From an uncultured Gammaproteobacteria bacterium (lineage in GTDB: Bacteria > Patescibacteriota > Microgenomatia > CAZETR01 > Amesbacteraceae), in assembly GCA_964543035.1 (NCBI GenBank), contig CAZIVL010000001.1:236159-300158 (forward strand): 64,000 bases of DNA, given 5' to 3'. The translations under genes were made by a program, and so were the position numbers. The notes under the pieces were generated by a model. The model did not search any database and had not been told where the DNA came from. It was given only the letters and a program-made list of their open reading frames with translations. This document shows positions 56,359-64,000 of this stretch, one piece after another (position 1 is the first letter of the stretch; every line of letters begins with the position of its first letter).

Positions 56359-58308
56359 ATGCAAAATAAAAAAAATCCCCTACTGCTTATTCTGCTTGTA
56401 ATAGTTCTTACTGTAGTTGGAAATTGGTATAGTCCCATGGCGCAGTTGGCAGGAGGGGAGGAGGGATTCACAGTATTCAATCACCAATCGATCATAAGTC
56501 AGATTTATCCCTGGCAGAAAGTGGGCACTGGAGCCCCTCTTCCTTTTTACATTACAAAAGCAGTTCCAGTACTCCTAAACAAGCTCCTTCTGGGAGCAGG
56601 TCTTGAGCTATATAAGTCTCAAATGATTTTTATGTTTTTGATGTTGTCCTCTGGAGTCTTGGGAATGTTTTTTCTTGCAAGACACCTATTTTCAAGTCAC
56701 TCAGATCAAGATGGGATTTCGTTTCTTTCCGCTCTTTTTTACTTGTTCAATCTATTTACACTTTCCCAGGTTTTTAACAGATTAATTTTAGCAGGAATAT
56801 TTTTGTGGGCATATTTACCTATTTGGTTGTATCTATGGGACAAACTACTTATTGATCCAAAGGTAAAAAAATGGCTGATTTTTTTGGGAAGTAGCTTGCT
56901 GTATTCTATGGTTTTCCACCATTTGGCCAACATATTGACACTGTGGACGGTTGCAGGGGTTTGGGCAGTCGCGAGAATCATTCAGAACAGGAGTCGCTTT
57001 CGTTTGATTGCCATCACTTCGCTTTTTGCTCTACTTATGTGGTTATTGGTAAATCTCTGGTTTGTAGTGCCTTATGTCAGCCTGGTGTCCCAAGCAACCC
57101 AGGCCGTGCAGGGTCAGGCTTACAATCTCGATCAGCTTAGTGGGCTAAGTACATTTTATAAAAACGATCAGGTTCTAACTCTCAGACAAAAACACGTTTT
57201 TGGGCCAAATTCTCATTTATTTTCTTTTTATTCACATTCAGCAATAAAAATTATCAGTCTGGTCATACTTGCTGTAATGCTATTCGGTTTTTGGAAGACA
57301 AAACTGTCAGCCTACAAATTCCCTCTGACACTACTTGCGGTATTGGGTTGGTATATCAGTAAAGGGACAAATTTTCCTGGAGGATACACCTTTTTTAAAG
57401 TGTTGTTATACGTATTTCCTCCAGCTCAAGTATGGAGGAATTCTTATGAAAAATTTGGTCTGGTGTGGGTTCTGACCTATTCAATATTTTTTGCATCCGG
57501 AGTTTTTTTGATCGCAAAAAGATTAAAACCATCTTTAGCAAAATTGTGGATAATTGGGATATCTGTAGTTTCTTTTGGTCTTCTTTCATGGCCCCTCTGG
57601 ACAGGAAGGTTATTTTCTGACTCTCAGTTTGTGCATATTCCTGAGTATTTCTTTTCTGCAAACAACTATCTTTCTTCTCTACCAGAGAAAGGAAGAATTC
57701 TAATGCTTCCTCTTCATCAAAACGATAGCGTCCGCTTCAAGTGGGGGTACATTGGCACAGAGCCTAGTGAATTTCTATTTGATCTTCCCACCGTTTCACG
57801 TCCAAGCGGCAACCCGACTTTCGATAAAAAATACAAAACTCTTTACGAAGCATTTGTGTCTGGAGGGGATTATTCAAGTATTTTGGATGAGATGGGAATT
57901 AAGTTTATTGTCATTAGAAACGATATAGATTTGACTTGGGAAAAAGCAAGTTCTTCTGCTCAGGTAAAACAGATCTTAGAAGCCAATTCACGCGTAGTTC
58001 CACTGAAAGCTTTTGGCGAGCTAGAAATATATAAATACGAAAGCCCAGAAGACCCCCAAATAAGATTAATAGGGGGAGGATCAGTTCGTGCAAGTGTCGA
58101 GAACTCTGGATATTTAAAATATATAGTTCATATATCTGAGGCATCAGAACCCTTCACACTAGTTTTGAAAAATACCCACAACCCACATTGGCAGGCCATC
58201 ATTGATGGAAAAAATATTTCAAAAAACTCTCTTTCATTGGGATACGCAAACGGTTGGGACGTCACAAAACTTGGAAATTATGAAATAAATATTGTTTTCA
58301 AAATATGA
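56359..58308 (+). CDS. Large polytopic membrane protein, GT-C-like (AftD/YfhO-like)
   Basis: FYLFN, SKG.N.P, WRNSYEKF, WPL.TG, IPEY, RILMLP, W.A...ANGW. Start ATG 56359 or TTG 56347. Confidence 0.75.
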   Translation: MQNKKNPLLLILLVIVLTVVGNWYSPMAQLAGGEEGFTVFNHQSIISQIYPWQKVGTGAPLPFYITKAVPVLLNKLLLGAGLELYKSQMIFMFLMLSSGVLGMFFLARHLFSSHSDQDGISFLSALFYLFNLFTLSQVFNRLILAGIFLWAYLPIWLYLWDKLLIDPKVKKWLIFLGSSLLYSMVFHHLANILTLWTVAGVWAVARIIQNRSRFRLIAITSLFALLMWLLVNLWFVVPYVSLVSQATQAVQGQAYNLDQLSGLSTFYKNDQVLTLRQKHVFGPNSHLFSFYSHSAIKIISLVILAVMLFGFWKTKLSAYKFPLTLLAVLGWYISKGTNFPGGYTFFKVLLYVFPPAQVWRNSYEKFGLVWVLTYSIFFASGVFLIAKRLKPSLAKLWIIGISVVSFGLLSWPLWTGRLFSDSQFVHIPEYFFSANNYLSSLPEKGRILMLPLHQNDSVRFKWGYIGTEPSEFLFDLPTVSRPSGNPTFDKKYKTLYEAFVSGGDYSSILDEMGIKFIVIRNDIDLTWEKASSSAQVKQILEANSRVVPLKAFGELEIYKYESPEDPQIRLIGGGSVRASVENSGYLKYIVHISEASEPFTLVLKNTHNPHWQAIIDGKNISKNSLSLGYANGWDVTKLGNYEINIVFKI

Positions 58309-59666
58309 TCAAAAAAAAGTCTCTGACATTCATATTTTTAATGATTTGTTTTTTGACTGTGATTCTACGCTGGCAAAGTTGGTGGACTCCGATAAATAGA
58401 GACGAGGGCGGTTATGCATACGTTGCTTCCGAGCTAAATACTTCAGAATTTGTCCCTTACAGAGATGCTTTTGAACATAAACCGCCAATGATCAACTGGA
58501 TATATAGATTGGGTTTCAATATTATGGGCGAAAACCAGTTTGCAGTTAGATCTTTGGGTTTCTTTGCATCCATTGCAACTTCGTTTATTTTCTTTTTGAT
58601 TGTCAGACGAGTTGGTCCAACGCTTATTTTGGTGTTCTTTTCAAACACATTGTTTCTTTCTGGTAGTGGTAGTAATGTTGAAATATTTTTGTCTCCCCTC
58701 CTATTGCTCGCTTACTTATTTATTACCAAAAATCGAGCTTTTTTTGCAGGCTTGATACTTGGTATTGCGTTTGTACTTAAGCCCGTTGCCGGGACTAATA
58801 TTCTGTTTGCTTATTTACTTGTCAAAAAAAGAGTAATGTTTACTGCAGGATGGCTCGCAGCCCCAGTCGCACTGATGCTATACCAGTTAAACACGCCTGG
58901 ATTTATAGATTTTATTAACGCAGTCGTAGGATATAACACACTCTATGTTCAATCTGGATTTTCTACTCTAAATAACAATGATAACTTTTTTAGATTTTTA
59001 GTATTTCCAGATCCTGTATTGGTAGTAATCTGTGTAGGATTAGTCATTTTGATTTTAAAAAATACTTCTCTTATTCGCCTTTCTCCCAGGCAGTTAATTT
59101 GGTTGTTGGCTACTTTTTTAGGAGCAAAAGTACTATCTCGGGAGGCTGAGCACTATTATTACCCGCTATTGGCCTCACTGGGTCTCGTGTTTGTAGAATT
59201 TCCATTCTCCAAGCTAAAGAAATTGATGATCATCTCTCTCGCATTATATTTCTTTATTCATGTTAGATTTGTTTTTACCTCTCCCAAAACTGCACTCTTA
59301 TCTGTCATGGGTCACACCACCATTCAGAGTTATCATGCTCGCGAGATTGGCATCAAGGCCAAGTCAGTGGCACTTGATGGAGATGTAGCTCATGTATCTT
59401 TGGTAGGGGAGCCTCAGATACTTTTCTACTCCGGTTTACCGTCAGCAAACAGGTGTTTTAACACGTTTTGTTTAGGTTTTTATGTTGATGCTCCCAAATA
59501 TATTCTTTCTTCATTAGACAAAAAACCTGTTGTAGTTGTGGCATACCCAGGTCTAATTCCAGGATTTGAAGACAAATTGAAGACAATGGGGTATTATTCT
59601 GATCTGACTACTTATTTTGCACCCGTGTATTGGCGTCCAGATGCAGCAAAAAAACTAGGTTTATGA
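58305..59666 (+). CDS. ArnT/PMT-like GT-C glycosyltransferase
   Basis: NRDEGGYAY, PYRDAFEHKPP, N.E, KP, HY. Confidence 0.85.
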   Translation: MIKKKSLTFIFLMICFLTVILRWQSWWTPINRDEGGYAYVASELNTSEFVPYRDAFEHKPPMINWIYRLGFNIMGENQFAVRSLGFFASIATSFIFFLIVRRVGPTLILVFFSNTLFLSGSGSNVEIFLSPLLLLAYLFITKNRAFFAGLILGIAFVLKPVAGTNILFAYLLVKKRVMFTAGWLAAPVALMLYQLNTPGFIDFINAVVGYNTLYVQSGFSTLNNNDNFFRFLVFPDPVLVVICVGLVILILKNTSLIRLSPRQLIWLLATFLGAKVLSREAEHYYYPLLASLGLVFVEFPFSKLKKLMIISLALYFFIHVRFVFTSPKTALLSVMGHTTIQSYHAREIGIKAKSVALDGDVAHVSLVGEPQILFYSGLPSANRCFNTFCLGFYVDAPKYILSSLDKKPVVVVAYPGLIPGFEDKLKTMGYYSDLTTYFAPVYWRPDAAKKLGL

Positions 59667-60592
59667 ACACATTATCAAAATGCCGTGTATGTGACTCAAA
59701 AGAAGTCGCGCTTGTATGCAAATTTAAGGAATTAGATTATTTTAGGTGCAGAAATTGTGACCTCGTGTTTCTGAATAATCCGCCTTCCTCAAAATTCTAC
59801 AAAGAGCTCTATTCCTACTCAGCATCAAAAATGACTGACCCTGAGAGACATAACCCCTTGCTAAATATTGTTATGAGTCTCCCTTTTTCATCAATCTTTT
59901 TAAATTACATGGGAAAAGGAATTGACCAGCTTAGAGCGAGCGCTGTGTGTGATCTCTCGATCAAGAAGTCTGTTCTCGATATAGGCTGTGGAGGTGGCAA
60001 CTTTATTGCTGGCCTTGAATCTCTTGGTTGGAAAGTGGCGGGCACCGAAATGGGTAGGCATCTAGTAGAAGCATCCTCTACAAAATTAAAATCAGGTAAA
60101 GTATACATGGGAAAAGTAGATCAGATAAATTTCAAAGCCAATAAGTTTGGAGTAGTCACACTTTGGCATGTATTTGAGCATATTTTTGAAATTGGACCCA
60201 CATTAAAATCAATATCAAAAATTATTGATAAGTCGGGTACCTTAGTGATAGAGGTGCCTCATTCAAACTCACTCAACTTTAGGGTCTTTAACAAACACTG
60301 GTCACTTCTTATGCCCCCTCAGCATCTTCATTTCTGGTCCAAAAAGTCTTTTGCCACATATCTAAAAAAATTTGGATTTAGAGTATCAAATGTAGAATAC
60401 CCTCTTCATTTTCCGTTTGTCTTCTCATCTAGTCTAATAAAAGTATCACCACTTCTTATTATTTTTTTGCCTTTATGGATTCCATTATCAATTACGATGA
60501 CGCTTATTATGTCATTTCTTCGCCAGGGAGACGTAATTCGTATTTATGCAGTTTTAGATTTTGACAAGAGAAAACTTCCGATGGCCATGTAG
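59663..60592 (+). CDS. Class I SAM-dependent methyltransferase with N-terminal Cys4 motif
   Basis: CRVC...CRNC, VLDIGCGGG, WHVFEH, IEVP, PQHL.FW. Confidence 0.92.
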   Translation: MNTLSKCRVCDSKEVALVCKFKELDYFRCRNCDLVFLNNPPSSKFYKELYSYSASKMTDPERHNPLLNIVMSLPFSSIFLNYMGKGIDQLRASAVCDLSIKKSVLDIGCGGGNFIAGLESLGWKVAGTEMGRHLVEASSTKLKSGKVYMGKVDQINFKANKFGVVTLWHVFEHIFEIGPTLKSISKIIDKSGTLVIEVPHSNSLNFRVFNKHWSLLMPPQHLHFWSKKSFATYLKKFGFRVSNVEYPLHFPFVFSSSLIKVSPLLIIFLPLWIPLSITMTLIMSFLRQGDVIRIYAVLDFDKRKLPMAM

Positions 60593-62301
60593 TCCAGTCC
60601 TGTGTCATAAAAACATTTTATTGCTTCTTCTGGATTTCCCACAATTGGTTGACCTCTGATATTAAAAGAAGTGTTTAGTATTACTGGAACTTTGGTCAAT
60701 TTCCCAAACTCTTCTACTAGTTTGTAATACATGGGATTGTGTTTAAGTGAAATCCTTTGAGGTCTAGCAGTTCCATCTACATGAACGACAGCAGGAATTT
60801 CTTTGGCCCTTTTTTCAGGAACATCAAATGAAATAATCATAAAATCAGGTTTAGGGGTAGGAGACTCAAGATACATCTCCACTCCTTTATCTGTCATCGA
60901 GGGACAAAACGGTCTAAATGGCTCTCGATATTTTACCCTTGAGTTAATTATATCCTTGTTCTCGGCCTTTCGAGGGTCCATAAGGATTGATCTGTTGCCT
61001 AGCGCTCTCGGACCTGATTCCATCTTTCCTTGAAACCAGCCTACAATTTTTCCTTTTGCAAGAAGCGATGCCGTGTCTTTAATTAACTTAGAAGTACTTG
61101 TGTACTTTGTGTATTTTATTTGTCTTGTCTTGAGGGCGGATTCAATCTCAGCATCAGAAAATTCCGTGCCCCAATATGCGTGCTCAATCTTACGGCCAGG
61201 TACTTTTCGAGGAGCAGGATAATTATGATACGCCCACAATGCCGCTCCTACCCCAAGTCCTCCATCCCCAGCATCGGGAAAAACATACATATCCTCCAAA
61301 AGACCTGCTTCCCAAATTCTCTGATTCATCTTTACATTCAAAAAGACTCCTCCGCCCGCGGCCAGCTTTTTTACACCAAGCTTTTTAATCCATGGCAACA
61401 AGAAGTTTAACATCTGCTCTTCCAGGACCCTCTGCGCTTCAGCCGCAATATCTTCTCTGCCATATCTATCAACTAGTTTTTTTACTTGCTCACTCTGGGG
61501 GTAATGCCAATGATCAACTCCATTAGCGTGCCAGCTCGAATACGCACCGAAGTTATATGGTTTAACTAGCTTGCCATCTTTATATTTCGGAACAATGTCG
61601 TCTAGTAGTCCACGAGTTTTTGTGGTCTTTCCATAAGGGGCCAGGCCCATCACTTTTCCTTCACCTTCGTTTATTTGCCAGCCTAGAGCCTCTGTCACAA
61701 TACTGTAAAAAAATCCCAACGATCCAGATCTCCCTATTTTTAACACTGGAGTCAATTCGCCATTCTCGCCAATCCACAAAGTTTGTGATAAAGCATATCC
61801 ACTTCCATCCGATGTCACAACTAAACATCTGTCTTTAAAACCCGATCCATAATACGCAGCGGCAGCGTGTGAAAGATGATGACTTACTTGAATGACCTTG
61901 GCGTCTTTTGATAATAAGTATTTCTTCTGATAAATAGGAAATTCCTGTTTTGAAAAAATTTTAGCCTTGTTAACTAAATTGTGTAAATTGCGTACCACAA
62001 AATCTACATAGTAGTCGACCTGATTTGGGAAGTCTTTTTCAATTTCCAACACTTCTGTCTCGGGGTTACCAAACAACATTCTTATTTCTGGAATCTCAGT
62101 TAGCTCTGGTACCACAACCAAATCCAAGTCTTTAGAAGAAATACCAGTAGTCTTCAAACACGTCTCAAGAGATTTCACTGGCAAGGATACACAATGTTTA
62201 ATGTTTACCAGTCTTTCTTCTTGGATATTAAAAGAAACTTTTCCGTCCTGAACAAGAGCCACACTAGAATCGTGTCCTCGGTGAATTCCTAATATATTCA
62301 T
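60544..62301 (-). CDS. Carbamoyltransferase (NodU/CmcH family)
   Basis: HDSS, EERL, HHLSHA, DGSG, SLG.FY, EGKVMGLAPYG, GGVFLN, GD.G, GPRALGNRS, KYREPFRPF, HVDGTARPQ, NTSFN. Confidence 0.95.
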   Translation of the reverse strand: MNILGIHRGHDSSVALVQDGKVSFNIQEERLVNIKHCVSLPVKSLETCLKTTGISSKDLDLVVVPELTEIPEIRMLFGNPETEVLEIEKDFPNQVDYYVDFVVRNLHNLVNKAKIFSKQEFPIYQKKYLLSKDAKVIQVSHHLSHAAAAYYGSGFKDRCLVVTSDGSGYALSQTLWIGENGELTPVLKIGRSGSLGFFYSIVTEALGWQINEGEGKVMGLAPYGKTTKTRGLLDDIVPKYKDGKLVKPYNFGAYSSWHANGVDHWHYPQSEQVKKLVDRYGREDIAAEAQRVLEEQMLNFLLPWIKKLGVKKLAAGGGVFLNVKMNQRIWEAGLLEDMYVFPDAGDGGLGVGAALWAYHNYPAPRKVPGRKIEHAYWGTEFSDAEIESALKTRQIKYTKYTSTSKLIKDTASLLAKGKIVGWFQGKMESGPRALGNRSILMDPRKAENKDIINSRVKYREPFRPFCPSMTDKGVEMYLESPTPKPDFMIISFDVPEKRAKEIPAVVHVDGTARPQRISLKHNPMYYKLVEEFGKLTKVPVILNTSFNIRGQPIVGNPEEAIKCFYDTGLDYMAIGSFLLSKSKTA

Positions 62302-62362
62302 ATTTCTTAAAAGTTGGGTGATTTATATCACACGCTTGTTGCCTATTACAAGAAGATGTATG

Positions 62363-62368
62363 TATACT
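62363..62368 (+). promoter_or_regulatory. Putative -10 box (leaderless)
   Basis: TATACT, 7 nt before ATG 62376. Confidence 0.45.
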
Positions 62369-62375
62369 GCGCAAA

Positions 62376-64000
62376 ATGATTCAATATTTTATTTTGACTA
62401 TTTTGGTTTTTTTTGCGAACTGGAAAAGTCTTGGTCTGACACTTTATGCCGATGATTGGATAGTAATAGTCAAGTTTTTTTATACATTTGGTCCCGGAAA
62501 ATACTTTCCTTACTGGCGCATTGACACATGGTTTGCAGATTACGGCTTCCAAAACTTAATGGCTATCGCTTGGCTGATTTTTAAAGAAAATTCTATTTAT
62601 TATTACATTTTAAACCTGCTTACAAAATCTTTGGCAGCAACCAGTTTGTATTTTTTAATAAAGAGGGCATTTAACCAAAAAATTGCATGGGCAGCAGCTT
62701 TCTTTTTTTGCGTATTTAATATTGGCACAGAGACCACTGACTGGGTCTATAATTTTAATACATACATAGGAATTGCCATTGCATTGAGAGGTATCGATTT
62801 TTACTTATTCTCAAGTGGTATTAGTAGGATTGTGTTTGGTTGGGGTTTGATGTTATTAGGATATGGGGTTGTACCGATCAGATTGTATGTTATTCCAGTT
62901 TTGCTTCCGATTGCTGAGTTGATTAGATCTGTACATATGAAACTTCCAGTCAAGCAAATTATTGCACTATCTTTGGCTGCAACACTTTCTATAGTTGCTA
63001 TGAAGCACACATTTCCTTTTTTAGGTGCAATTAATAAACCAGCAATAATTGGAGGATGGAAGTCAGCCCAGGTCTTTATGGAAACTGGGCGTTGGGATTT
63101 TTGGTTGTATCCTTTTACAAACCTAGGAAAAATGGTGCTGCCCGTTGGACCAACTGAATTAGGTGATCTCGGATGGGCGGTGAGACCTATATCAAAATAC
63201 ATTTTGTACGGGGGTGGCATGGTACTTGTAGGTGCATATGTATTATTTAGATCAAAAATTAATTTATTTTTGTCACTATCTTTAGCGATTGGGATATCAA
63301 TAGCATTAAAGATTTTTATTAAGTACCAAGGAGACTGGGGTCTAAACAATTTTTCTTATTTTTTCTGGACATACTTAGGAATAATCATTACTGTTGTTTT
63401 ACTTCATCAATTGTGGAAGCATTACAAGTCCAATAACACCAATTTGTTGCTTCTGTTCATATTTACATCAGCTTCAATTTTTACATTTATTCTTCCTCAG
63501 CAAAATAATCCATCGTTTATTTTTGAATCGTTTCACAGATATTTAGCCTTTCCAGCTATTGGTATTTCTATACTTTTGTCAGTTGTTATTTTCAGGTCAA
63601 AAACTTTATTGAGCACAGCAGTGCTTACATTAGTTGTTGGATCACACTTTATAGCATCAAATTCATACTTTGATCGCTTACTAGTGGCTCGTAGCCCCGA
63701 AAAAAACACATTACTATTTGCTGAAATAAGAAGACTAGTTCCAGAGTTACCAAATGACTTACCCACAGTCTTTTATTTTGAGTATCCTGAGCCACAGGTT
63801 TATTACAATTTATTATATTCAAGTTTTGGTTATCACATGCAACTACTCTATGGTCAAAAACTTGATGAGTCATTAGTCGCATCTAGCGTCAGGACAATAC
63901 CCGATCTTGTATCAACAGTTGAAACTCGCAAAATACCTATCGATCATGTCTATGCTTTGAGCTGGAAAAACAATCAGTTTGTAGACATATCAAGCCAGAT
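62376..64000 (+). CDS. Polytopic GT-C-like membrane protein, 3' truncated by window edge (missing from ORF track)
   Basis: Translated by hand with no stop to the window end: MIQYFILTILVFFANWKSLGLTLYADDW...ETTDW...HRYL...; many TM helices. Confidence 0.8.
   Translation, partial: MIQYFILTILVFFANWKSLGLTLYADDWIVIVKFFYTFGPGKYFPYWRIDTWFADYGFQNLMAIAWLIFKENSIYYYILNLLTKSLAATSLYFLIKRAFNQKIAWAAAFFFCVFNIGTETTDWVYNFNTYIGIAIALRGIDFYLFSSGISRIVFGWGLMLLGYGVVPIRLYVIPVLLPIAELIRSVHMKLPVKQIIALSLAATLSIVAMKHTFPFLGAINKPAIIGGWKSAQVFMETGRWDFWLYPFTNLGKMVLPVGPTELGDLGWAVRPISKYILYGGGMVLVGAYVLFRSKINLFLSLSLAIGISIALKIFIKYQGDWGLNNFSYFFWTYLGIIITVVLLHQLWKHYKSNNTNLLLLFIFTSASIFTFILPQQNNPSFIFESFHRYLAFPAIGISILLSVVIFRSKTLLSTAVLTLVVGSHFIASNSYFDRLLVARSPEKNTLLFAEIRRLVPELPNDLPTVFYFEYPEPQVYYNLLYSSFGYHMQLLYGQKLDESLVASSVRTIPDLVSTVETRKIPIDHVYALSWKNNQFVDISSQ

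Noticed and set aside
453-63882. Numerous 60-190 aa alternative-frame and antisense ORFs in the track (e.g. 1848-2423, 13149-13607, 62801-63349)
   Set aside because: Each lies within a longer motif-bearing gene and has no recognisable motif; they are shadow ORFs
1-64000. CRISPR array, tRNA/rRNA, IS, integron or DGR as the explanation for the repeats and paralogs
   Set aside because: No regularly spaced repeats, RNA-gene signatures, transposase, integrase or reverse transcriptase seen; palindromes lie inside genes rather than at cassette ends
1-64000. Recoded TGA (genetic code 25)
   Set aside because: Many genes end at TGA in ATGA overlaps with the next start, and full-length proteins are obtained in code 11

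Overview
The window is one very dense cell-surface glycosylation region read in genetic code 11. Genes mostly overlap by ATGA-type junctions. I saw no rRNA, tRNA, CRISPR, transposase or integrase. Gene content and style point to a Patescibacteria/CPR (Microgenomates-like) genome, which is an inference. It encodes about 22 polytopic GT-C-fold glycosyltransferases (ArnT/PMT-like, GT87/PIG-M-like, PIG-V-like, YfhO-like) plus one truncated module, about 15 stand-alone GT2s (several polyprenol-phosphate sugar synthase-like), 4 GT4s and a Wzx flippase. Tailoring enzymes include an AsnB-like amidotransferase, a carbamoyltransferase, 3 SAM methyltransferases, a 2OG-Fe(II) oxygenase, an SDR and a cupin. 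The main signals beyond the gene list are: (1) REP-like palindromic micro-elements sitting in-frame inside GT genes (8166, 40495, 41206, 18079) with a related intergenic copy (7648); (2) about 10 short heptamer tandem arrays inside coding loops, two of them interrupted by a ~21-nt hairpin insert; (3) a GT2-GT-C fusion; (4) a GT2 broken at an A10 tract; (5) repeated -10 boxes 6-10 nt before ATG, suggesting leaderless mRNAs; (6) a long GT-C ORF at 62376 to the window end that the ORF track missed. All family calls come from motif recognition by eye, not database searches.
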